From a virus: a DNA stretch of 64,000 nucleotides. Position numbers and translations under genes: made by a program. This document shows, piece by piece, positions 32,778-39,731 of the stretch; position 1 is the first letter of the stretch, and each line of letters starts with the position of its first letter. The notes beneath the pieces were generated by a model. That model had not been told where the DNA came from. It saw only the letters and a list, made by a program, of their open reading frames with translations, and did not search any database. The stretch is taken from the IMG/VR virus record IMGVR_UViG_3300027826_000001; one strand, 5' to 3'.

Positions 32778-32806
32778 AGCTTATCAAACATGGGCGCGTA
32801 GGTCAA
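32778..32806 (-). promoter_or_regulatory. consensus promoter
   Basis: Minus strand TTGACC 32806..32801, 17-nt spacer, TGa-TAAGCT 32786..32778. Confidence 0.65.
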
Positions 32807-32817
32807 GTGAAAAATGA

Positions 32818-34149
32818 TTAAAGTTCCTTAATATCTTGTGGGTCACTTTCCGCCGTCTCAATATCTACCGTCCCTTTGTCCAACTGATCGGACTCGTATT
32901 TAAGGAACGCAAAGTTTTTAATCTTGAAGGGTTCGCAGGAATATAGTTTATCAGCTTTCACTACTACACCTTCTGCGGGGACTTCGTTATTATTGAAAAT
33001 ACAGGGTAAATCGCCAAGATATTCCTTTTCCACGTCTTGCAGGAAATCACTTTGCCAGTCCTGTATTAAACCCGGCTTTGTAGTACAGAATTTACTAGCC
33101 TTTCCATAATAGTGCTCAACCACCGTATGCAAGCCCCATTTTTCACAAGCTTCTTTAATTTGGGGCCAAGAGTATTCTGTTACTTGTCCATCAGTATCCG
33201 TATGGGTAATACGATATACAATAAACAAGTGACTACCCTTTTCACAACCATAATGATAACCCGGTTGAATAGGACTTCCCTCCGGGGTATAGCCCACTAT
33301 CTCGCCGTACACAGTAACGCCTTTAGGCAGGACAGGGAAAACTTCCTTTCCCACGATACCCCAAATATCTGAGGGGTAGAAATGTACTGCGGTATGACGT
33401 TCCTCTTGGGCTATACCCTTTACGACACGTCGGGAGGACCATATATACTCGTAACAAGTATCTTGAATACGGACGCCTACTAGCTTTAGCAACTTTTCGA
33501 ACCAAGATAGCGGACGCTTACACAGGACGTTTGCGTAGACAGCGGATGTCCCATGCCATTTGTCAGTAATACTAATGATATCCCATGGGTTAATACGGTG
33601 TACGTTTTTCCGAAGTTGCTCCGTGTCTACATGGAAATGGAACTGTCCGTCTACAATACGATCTTCAATACGGGGAGCTTTACGACCCTGCTTATCACGC
33701 GTGGAAGCGGGATTATGGGCCGGTACGTACTTACGGCATATCTCATGGTCCCCCAGGGTATCGAATTCACTTCCTAGGGGCAGTTCTCCAATATTAAGAT
33801 AGCTTAATGCATCCTGGGGTATCCAGAAACCTTCTGACTTGTGGCCGCGAAACTTGACCGCCTTAACACGTCTGGATTGTTCAAAGAAACCACCACGGGC
33901 AAGTGGGTCTACATTTCCCCATTCGGCCTTACGATAGAGATTGTTATGGGATACAAATTCGTGGGATAATTGGCATTCAAGGGGAAAGTAAAGACCGATG
34001 TCTCCGGGTTGACATTCTTTCCCTACTATGATATGATTACCCTGCACTATGGCACCCTTGACGTTATCGCAATTAGGCAGGGTTACAAATTTGTCCAATG
34101 CTACCACCGTGGCACAGTAGTTTGGGTTTTTTGGGGCGGCTAGTTTCAT
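32818..34149 (-). CDS. ATP-dependent RNA ligase (Rnl2/Rnl5-like, DRB0094-type N-terminal module)
   Basis: Nucleotidyltransferase motifs I DKWHGTS, III VYGEIVGY, IV EGVVVK, V FKIKN. OB-like N-terminus (VVALDKF...GDIGLYFP). I prefer ATG 34149 because the ORF-track GTG 34173 lies inside the promoter spacer. Confidence 0.75.
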   Translation of the reverse strand: MKLAAPKNPNYCATVVALDKFVTLPNCDNVKGAIVQGNHIIVGKECQPGDIGLYFPLECQLSHEFVSHNNLYRKAEWGNVDPLARGGFFEQSRRVKAVKFRGHKSEGFWIPQDALSYLNIGELPLGSEFDTLGDHEICRKYVPAHNPASTRDKQGRKAPRIEDRIVDGQFHFHVDTEQLRKNVHRINPWDIISITDKWHGTSAVYANVLCKRPLSWFEKLLKLVGVRIQDTCYEYIWSSRRVVKGIAQEERHTAVHFYPSDIWGIVGKEVFPVLPKGVTVYGEIVGYTPEGSPIQPGYHYGCEKGSHLFIVYRITHTDTDGQVTEYSWPQIKEACEKWGLHTVVEHYYGKASKFCTTKPGLIQDWQSDFLQDVEKEYLGDLPCIFNNNEVPAEGVVVKADKLYSCEPFKIKNFAFLKYESDQLDKGTVDIETAESDPQDIKEL

Positions 34150-34163
34150 AATGCTATGAGGAT

Positions 34164-34192
34164 AGCGTAACACAGGTGAGATAGATTGTCAA
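34164..34192 (-). promoter_or_regulatory. consensus promoter of the RNA ligase gene
   Basis: Minus strand TTGACA 34192..34187, 17-nt spacer, TGt-TACGCT 34172..34164. 14 nt to the ATG, so the leader is very short. Confidence 0.7.
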
Positions 34193-34198
34193 GACCTT

Positions 34199-34216
34199 TT
34201 GTTCAGGTTGTTCAGG
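34199..34216. repeat. tandem 9-bp repeat TTGTTCAGG x2 between divergent promoters (operator candidate)
   Basis: Copies at 34199-34207 and 34208-34216 are identical. Confidence 0.8.
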
Positions 34217-34249
34217 ACCTAGTGTTAAAAATTCTTAATACAATTCTTG

Positions 34250-34278
34250 TTGACAATCCATGCCTCTTGTGTTAGTCT
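34250..34278 (+). promoter_or_regulatory. consensus promoter of the main plus-strand operon
   Basis: TTGACA 34250-55, 17-nt spacer, TGt-TAGTCT 34270-78. Confidence 0.7.
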
Positions 34279-34306
34279 TAATTTAAGCTTGAAAGGCGAA
34301 CGAGGA

Positions 34307-34522
34307 TTGGGATCAATAAAGGCGAAATACCTATACAAGGCCTTGTTACGTAATGGGTGGGCCGTAGATGGACAAACGGGTTCGCATGTAAAGTTTGTTT
34401 CTAGTAACCCCGCTTCGCCACGCAAACACTTTACCCTGTGTTTTCAGAAGGGCGTAGAAGTAGGGCCTAAGATGCTGGCAAGGATACTTAAGGATACAGG
34501 ACTACGATACGAGGATCTATGA
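34307..34522 (+). CDS. hicA: HicA-family mRNA interferase (toxin-type RNase)
   Basis: ...YLYKALLRNGWAVDGQTGSHVKFV...GPKMLARILKDTGL matches the HicA dsRBD-like pattern with the GSH histidine. The ORF-track start 34247 lies in the promoter, so the real start is TTG 34307 or 34289. Confidence 0.7.
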   Translation: MGSIKAKYLYKALLRNGWAVDGQTGSHVKFVSSNPASPRKHFTLCFQKGVEVGPKMLARILKDTGLRYEDL

Positions 34523-34737
34523 TTACGAATAAAGGTGACTGGACTCCAGAACTTTTACACTTGACACAAGCTGTCGTTAATGGTATAACTAAACTTCGTC
34601 ATGTGACAGAGGATCTTAAGACGGCGGAACAGGAATGGGATGACCCACAAACTTTTATGTTTTTCCTGAAACGGGCGCATAATGACGTGGTGGAAGTTAT
34701 TGATACCCTAAGGCTTACTGTGAAGGGAAGAATATGA
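34519..34737 (+). CDS. 72-aa acidic helical protein, ATGA-coupled to hicA (not HicB-like)
   Basis: ORF track. No RNaseH-like beta N-terminus and no RHH/HTH are recognisable. Confidence 0.7.
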   Translation: MITNKGDWTPELLHLTQAVVNGITKLRHVTEDLKTAEQEWDDPQTFMFFLKRAHNDVVEVIDTLRLTVKGRI

Positions 34738-35363
34738 AGTTATATAAATTGACTACACAAGACGGTAAAACACGTCCTGGTCAAAGTAATGAAACACAAT
34801 GGGGCGAAGGTGTAACTCATACGGCTAAAGGGACTGGTGGATTGTGTACGGACGGAGTTATTCATGCCTATACGTCCCCGTTACTGGCTGTTCTATTAAA
34901 CCCTTCTCATGCAAATATTAAAGACCCTATCTTATGGGAAGCAAAAGGGAAGATTGTCAAATCCGAACCCTGTAAGTGCGGAGTTAAAACACTTACTACT
35001 ATTCGACAGATTCCATTACCTGAAATTTCTACAGAACAAAAAATACGCTTTGCAATTGGATGTGCATTAACTTTTTATAAAAATTCTAAGTTTAAAATTT
35101 GGGCTTTAAATTGGTTAGCTAATATTGATAGAAGCTATACTGCTGCTAATGCTGCTTATGCTGCTGCTAAGGCTGCTAATGCTGCTAATGCTGCTGTTAA
35201 TGCTGCTTATGATGCTGCTAAGGCTGTTAATGCTGCTTATGCTGATGTTAATGCTGCTTATGCTGCTGCTAATGCTGCTAATGCTGCTGCTCGTGCTTCT
35301 CATTTTATTAATCTATTAAAAATTGCAGAATGGGCCATGACGGAGGAACCCTGGAATGAATAA
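34734..35363 (+). CDS. protein with globular N-domain and Ala/Asn-rich tandem-repeat helix (209 aa)
   Basis: AANAAYAAAKAANAANAAVNAAYDAAKAVNAAYADVNAAYAAANAANAAARA. ATGA coupling at both ends. Confidence 0.8.
   Translation: MKLYKLTTQDGKTRPGQSNETQWGEGVTHTAKGTGGLCTDGVIHAYTSPLLAVLLNPSHANIKDPILWEAKGKIVKSEPCKCGVKTLTTIRQIPLPEISTEQKIRFAIGCALTFYKNSKFKIWALNWLANIDRSYTAANAAYAAAKAANAANAAVNAAYDAAKAVNAAYADVNAAYAAANAANAAARASHFINLLKIAEWAMTEEPWNE
35142..35297 (+). repeat. imperfect GCT-GCT-AAT/TAT/AAG 9-12-nt tandem repeat array
   Basis: Visible directly in the DNA. It also generates the SSISS and LLMLL shadow ORFs in other frames. Confidence 0.9.
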
Positions 35364-35604
35364 TCAACGTAGATGTAAATGGTGTGGACGGTGGATGTCA
35401 AAGTGGCATAAAGAGGCTAATTTTTATCTATGTCCTAATTGTTTTGCCGAACCTGCGGGTATGAGTACGAACGATGATTATAGACGCGAAGCCCATAGGG
35501 ACAGACTTGAAAAGTACTTTGCATGGGTAGGTACCGGGCTACTATGTACTATTGCGTGGTTGAGTATTCTGTGGTATGCTTTTAGCTACTTTGGAAGGCA
35601 CTAA
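35356..35604 (+). CDS. zinc-ribbon plus C-terminal TM protein (82 aa)
   Basis: CKWCGRW...CPNC, then GTGLLCTIAWLSILWYAFSYFG. Confidence 0.7.
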   Translation: MNNQRRCKWCGRWMSKWHKEANFYLCPNCFAEPAGMSTNDDYRREAHRDRLEKYFAWVGTGLLCTIAWLSILWYAFSYFGRH

Positions 35605-35739
35605 ATGGTCGTGGTAATAGCGTTATGGCTGTGCGTAACTCGTCGTTTACCGCAGTTACTACGTACTGTAAGCTATCTGACACTTTGTAAGTTCGCGGTG
35701 TGGTTGTTAGTGATCGTTATTAAGAAAGGAACCTTATGA
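35605..35739 (+). CDS. 44-aa two-helix hydrophobic microprotein
   Basis: TAA-ATG abutting the upstream gene and ATGA overlap downstream. MVVVIALWLCVTRRLPQLLRTVSYLTLCKFAVWLLVIVIKKGTL. Confidence 0.45.
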   Translation: MVVVIALWLCVTRRLPQLLRTVSYLTLCKFAVWLLVIVIKKGTL

Positions 35740-36073
35740 AACGCTTGGATAAGATGCAAGACGGTGACGTAATGATTTTTGATCTCAAGTGCGGCGCACA
35801 TGTTGAGATTAAACGCCATACAGGAAAAAGGGATACAAAGACCCATTCAATCTGTATAAAAAGGGATACGAAATTTATATCAAAGATCCATTGCTTTTTG
35901 CTATTACAAAGACTTTTGATAACAAAGACAACTGGAGTTTTGAGCAAGGACATTATAATTCAAAAGAACTTAAGTTCTATATTTGGGACGATGCGATTGA
36001 TTTTTTAATTCGATTGCTAGCCCCGGTGGCAAAGGCACGTAGTAAGAAAGGAAAGAAAAATGCTAAAAGTTAG
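35736..36073 (+). CDS. gene requiring a -1 shift at an A5 run (35825-35829) to give a ~112-aa product
   Basis: Frame 0 is protein-like only up to ...EIKRHTGK. The -1 frame opens at 35813, has no start codon, and reads KGYKDPFNLYKKGYEIYIKDPLLFAITKTFDNKDNWSFEQGHY...KKNAKS. Confidence 0.55.
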
Positions 36074-36200
36074 TATTGATCGTAGTAAGTGGGCGGTGTA
36101 TCCGAATAAGCGGGCCTTAGTCGCGTTAGCAAGTTTTCTTTTTACAAGTTTTTCTTTTCTGGTGGGGACCGGGTTGGGAAGGCTGGTAAGAAGAGTTTGA
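36060..36200 (+). CDS. 46-aa hydrophobic microprotein
   Basis: ATG 36060 after AAAGGAAAG. MLKVSIDRSKWAVYPNKRALVALASFLFTSFSFLVGTGLGRLVRRV. Confidence 0.4.
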   Translation: MLKVSIDRSKWAVYPNKRALVALASFLFTSFSFLVGTGLGRLVRRV

Positions 36201-36310
36201 AAAGGATAGGGTTAATGGGGTTTTTAACACTAGGTCACAAAAACAATAGGACCTGTTAGAACCCAAACTATCCTTTTCTAAACTATAAGTTATTGATAAT
36301 AAAGGAGTTA

Positions 36311-36454
36311 ATGGTAAGGATGGAAACTACTAAGGAAACATGCCCGTACTGTGGGAGTGATGATTTGTATTGGGATAACGTGAGTATTGCTTGTAGGTTT
36401 GCTTCCTTATTTTGCCGGAAGTGTGAACGGTATATTAGGGAGTTTAACGTATGA
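36311..36454 (+). CDS. 47-aa zinc-ribbon microprotein
   Basis: AAAGGAG 4 nt before the ATG. CPYCGS...CRKC. Confidence 0.55.
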   Translation: MVRMETTKETCPYCGSDDLYWDNVSIACRFASLFCRKCERYIREFNV

Positions 36455-36505
36455 ACGAAAGCAGTAAGGGCATTAAACTTAACACATTACCGGGAGAATA
36501 CTAAT

Positions 36506-36708
36506 ATGGAAATTGAAGTTCATGAACCCCGTAGTATATATGAGAAAGACTATCACTGCGAGATGTGCGGTAAGTATGTCAAAAAGACCAAAATGACGTA
36601 TAAAGAGTATCAGGTTCATAAAAACATTCCCATTGTCCAGTATGTGAGCCAAAGTTTAAGGAAAGAATAAAGGAACATAAAGAAAATTTCAAGAAAATGT
36701 GGATATAA
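36506..36708 (+). CDS. zinc-finger microprotein needing a -1 shift at an A5 run (36620-36624)
   Basis: Frame 0 carries CEMC but then ends in poor sequence at 36670. The -1 frame continues HSHCPVCEPKFKERIKEHKENFKKMWI to 36708, completing a CxxC...CxxC pair. Confidence 0.5.
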
Positions 36709-36710
36709 CT

Positions 36711-37154
36711 ATGTGCCTAGATACTATTACGCGTCGTATCGAAGAACAAGACGTAACAGACGAAGTTGTAAAAGTTAGGAAATATTTTATTCGATATAGT
36801 AACGATGAAGATTGGTACGGTTCAGTATGTGGAACTTATCGTTATCCACAACAATTTAACGTATGGATTAAAGCCTCTGATATTAAAGTGAATACTAAAA
36901 CTTTAGCAACTTTAGCTTCTCAGAGGATTTCTTCTGTCTTAGTTGCAAACTGTCCTTCAAATCCGTTAGGCGGTTGGAAAGATGATTTATATCCGGCAGG
37001 ATTTCATGGATACCCAGGAGACTTACCCGAGTTCCGACCATATGGCTGTTTCCTTGTTACAGTGGAGTTTCGAAAGGTCCATACTTATGGGACGCAAGAA
37101 GGGGTACCTGTGATAGTGGCACATGAAATGCGAATAACCAGGGAGGATAAGTAA
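36711..37154 (+). CDS. hypothetical protein (148 aa), paralog of the next gene
   Basis: In frame with ORF-track 36699..37154. Shares GFHG/GFHA and the C-terminal ...G.Q.G...IVA..M.I pattern with 37156..37530. Confidence 0.7.
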   Translation: MCLDTITRRIEEQDVTDEVVKVRKYFIRYSNDEDWYGSVCGTYRYPQQFNVWIKASDIKVNTKTLATLASQRISSVLVANCPSNPLGGWKDDLYPAGFHGYPGDLPEFRPYGCFLVTVEFRKVHTYGTQEGVPVIVAHEMRITREDK

Positions 37155-37155
37155 T

Positions 37156-37530
37156 ATGTGCATGAATAAAGTGACTAATACCTTTGACCCGCCCCTGACC
37201 CATGAGGTTAAGGCTTGGAAGGTACTTTATAAAAACGAGGATAATGGTAAATACTATTCCGAATTTAGAAGACATATGCACCCAAATGGGTTTAAGCCTA
37301 ATAGATGGTATGTAAATAAGGGTAGTAAACCTATTTACACATATGATAGTTCCTATCCAATAGGTTTTCACGCGTTTACTACAAAGAAGGGTGCTGAGAA
37401 TTGGGCATTTAGTGACATGTATGTAGTACCCGTACTGTTAACTAACATTGTGGCCCGTGGTAGGCAAGATGGGCACATATGTATCGTGGCTCGTAAGATG
37501 AAAATCCTAGAAAAGAAGAAAGGTAAATAA
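37156..37530 (+). CDS. hypothetical protein (124 aa), paralog of the previous gene
   Basis: ORF track. Confidence 0.75.
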   Translation: MCMNKVTNTFDPPLTHEVKAWKVLYKNEDNGKYYSEFRRHMHPNGFKPNRWYVNKGSKPIYTYDSSYPIGFHAFTTKKGAENWAFSDMYVVPVLLTNIVARGRQDGHICIVARKMKILEKKKGK

Positions 37531-37543
37531 AGGAACCCGGCGT

Positions 37544-38431
37544 ATGAAACTATACATGACTAAAGGACTTCCAGGGTCCGGTAAAACTACTTGGGCGCGG
37601 GATATGATGAAAGTTAATGATTCGATTAAGCGGGTTAATAAAGACGATATTCGGGCTATGATTGGTAAGACTCGGGAAAATGTGGTCTTAGATATTCGAA
37701 ACGATATCATTTGTCAGCTTATGAAAGCAAATTATAGCGTTATCGTAGACGATACTAACTTTAATCCTATTCATGAACTAAAACTCAAAGAAATAGCTAG
37801 TATTTTCGGGGCTGAGTTTGAAATTAAGGACCTTACCCACGTCACTTTGGAAGAATGTATTGCTAATGACCGTAAGAGATTGGGTACATTAGGCCACGTT
37901 GGAGAGAAGGTTATTCGAGACATGCATAAGAAGTACCTAAGTAAATATCCGTTTCAAAAAGAGGCGCTTATTTATCCTGAACCCCCGGCTTATAACCCTA
38001 CCTTACCGGACTGCATTATAGTAGATATTGACGGTACTGTGGCAACTATGAACGGACGTGGACCCTATGACTGGGATAAAGTAGATACAGACTTGCCCCG
38101 TAAAGAAGTATTAAAAATTATCAAGAGTGTAAAACTGGGAAGTGGAGCAGAGGTTATTTTTGTAAGTGGCCGGGATGGGTCTTGTAGGCGTAAAACTATC
38201 TATTGGCTTCAGAGTAATTTTGATTGGTCGCCTTTTCACCTATATATGCGAGAAGCCGGAGACATGAGACGAGATAGCGTGGTCAAGCGGGAAATATATG
38301 ATACGCATATTAAGGGCCATTATAACGTCATAGCTATTTTTGATGACAGGCCCCAGGTAATACGTGAATGTTGGTATGCACTGGGCTATCGGGATAGAGT
38401 GTTTAATGTTGGGGATATGAAGGAATTTTAA
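37544..38431 (+). CDS. bifunctional polynucleotide 5'-kinase/3'-phosphatase (T4 Pnkp-like)
   Basis: N-terminal P-loop GLPGSGKTT. C-terminal HAD motif IVDIDGTVA plus VSGRD and FDDR. Domain order and size match T4 Pnkp. Confidence 0.8.
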   Translation: MKLYMTKGLPGSGKTTWARDMMKVNDSIKRVNKDDIRAMIGKTRENVVLDIRNDIICQLMKANYSVIVDDTNFNPIHELKLKEIASIFGAEFEIKDLTHVTLEECIANDRKRLGTLGHVGEKVIRDMHKKYLSKYPFQKEALIYPEPPAYNPTLPDCIIVDIDGTVATMNGRGPYDWDKVDTDLPRKEVLKIIKSVKLGSGAEVIFVSGRDGSCRRKTIYWLQSNFDWSPFHLYMREAGDMRRDSVVKREIYDTHIKGHYNVIAIFDDRPQVIRECWYALGYRDRVFNVGDMKEF

Positions 38432-38445
38432 TAAAGGATAACTAT

Positions 38446-38691
38446 ATGAATATAAACAAGTTAGTAGAATTAGTTCGTAAGATGAATAAAAAAGAATACC
38501 TGGAAGATGATGCTATCTTTGGAACCATCGAAGACTCGATTTTATTTGATCCTGAAGCCCTTAAGGAATATTTAAAAGCTGTTTATAATTTAGATCCTAG
38601 TGGAATAAATCAGGAAAACTACTGGACTATGTGGCTTTGCGGTATCGAACTGGGCTACAAATGGTCGCAAAAAGAAAAGGAAGGTAAGTAG
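38446..38691 (+). CDS. hypothetical protein (81 aa)
   Basis: ORF track. Confidence 0.7.
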   Translation: MNINKLVELVRKMNKKEYLEDDAIFGTIEDSILFDPEALKEYLKAVYNLDPSGINQENYWTMWLCGIELGYKWSQKEKEGK

Positions 38692-38694
38692 CTT

Positions 38695-39096
38695 ATGTTT
38701 CTTAGGATTGGACGATATATTATCCGTTGGGATCGGGTAATTCAGATTTTGTTTCGTGACGACCATGCGATTATCTGGCTGGTAAACGAAACTGGTAGTC
38801 CCATTCAATGGCGGGTAGATGAAGAAGACTTTAAAGCCCTGTCATGGTTCTTTGATACCTTCGGCGCACAGTTCCAGGTTAATAACGTTACGGACGCCTA
38901 TAAGAACCGGGAAGAGGTTGAAAGGCAGTTAGCCCTTATGAAAGAGGCAGCGAAGGCACAGGCGGGAGCTAATAAGCAGGAAGGGCCTAGTAATTTTAAC
39001 TCCTCCATGCCTTTTAAACCCCGTCAGAAGGTTCAAAGTATCAAACGTGACGAAGTACTATTAGATGAAACGGAGAATACAACAAATGTCGAATAA
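38695..39096 (+). CDS. hypothetical protein (133 aa)
   Basis: ORF track. Confidence 0.7.
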   Translation: MFLRIGRYIIRWDRVIQILFRDDHAIIWLVNETGSPIQWRVDEEDFKALSWFFDTFGAQFQVNNVTDAYKNREEVERQLALMKEAAKAQAGANKQEGPSNFNSSMPFKPRQKVQSIKRDEVLLDETENTTNVE

Positions 39097-39370
39097 TATC
39101 ATGGATCAATTTACCCCGGAAGAGTTTAATAAACTGGGGTTGGAATTTTTCAAAGATGAAAACATGCCTAATGTGCAAGAATACACAAATAGGGTTGCGA
39201 AGAATCTTACTTTGCAAAAAGAACTTATTACCTACAGTCGCATAATTATTGAGGCTTTAGGCAGTCGAACGGTCGGAAGTAAGCCGGATATCCTTATGGG
39301 TATTGGGTTTGGGTTGGGAATTGCGTTTGCAGATCAGCTAACAAAACTTGTATCCAAAGCGGAGGCGTAG
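39086..39370 (+). CDS. hypothetical protein (94 aa)
   Basis: In frame with ORF-track 39065. ATG 39086 has GGAG 10 nt upstream. Confidence 0.65.
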   Translation: MSNNIMDQFTPEEFNKLGLEFFKDENMPNVQEYTNRVAKNLTLQKELITYSRIIIEALGSRTVGSKPDILMGIGFGLGIAFADQLTKLVSKAEA

Positions 39371-39480
39371 CGTGAGCGAAGACGTAGCGCTTATACATTA
39401 TATACTTATAAATAGTTATAAATAGTACACTTATAAAGTGTACTATCGAGCGCAATACTATCACGATAATATATATATAG
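39365..39480. repeat. AT-rich repeat/inverted-repeat cluster (origin or operator candidate)
   Basis: CGTAGCG x2 (39365, 39383). TTATAAATAG x2 tandem (39406-25). Perfect inverted repeat AGTACACTT-ATA-AAGTGTACT (39424-44). (AT)n at 39468-78. Confidence 0.8.
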
Positions 39481-39496
39481 GAAAGGGTGGTAAGAA

Positions 39497-39730
39497 ATGG
39501 GAATGGTTGATGGGATTAGGGTACAGAAGAACAAAACGTATGATGTGCAATTGGGTTCTAGGGTCGTTAAAGCTACGGTGACTAGGATAACTGGAAATAG
39601 TATCGAGTGGGAAAGGGTTGGTCCGTTTATGGGTGAAATTCTTGAGTACTCGGACGACTACCGGGAGTTTAGAAACCGTTTACTTGGTGCCAGGGAAGTT
39701 GAGAAGGACTTACCGGAGTGTTGGATATAA
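39497..39730 (+). CDS. hypothetical protein (77 aa)
   Basis: ORF track. GGAAAGGGTGG RBS. Confidence 0.7.
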   Translation: MGMVDGIRVQKNKTYDVQLGSRVVKATVTRITGNSIEWERVGPFMGEILEYSDDYREFRNRLLGAREVEKDLPECWI

Positions 39731-39731
39731 A

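Noticed and set aside
35115-35319. ORFs reading SSISSISS... (minus) and LLMLLMLL... (plus)
   Set aside because: These are other-frame readings of the GCT tandem repeat. The Ala/Asn frame is the one that is translationally coupled to its neighbours.
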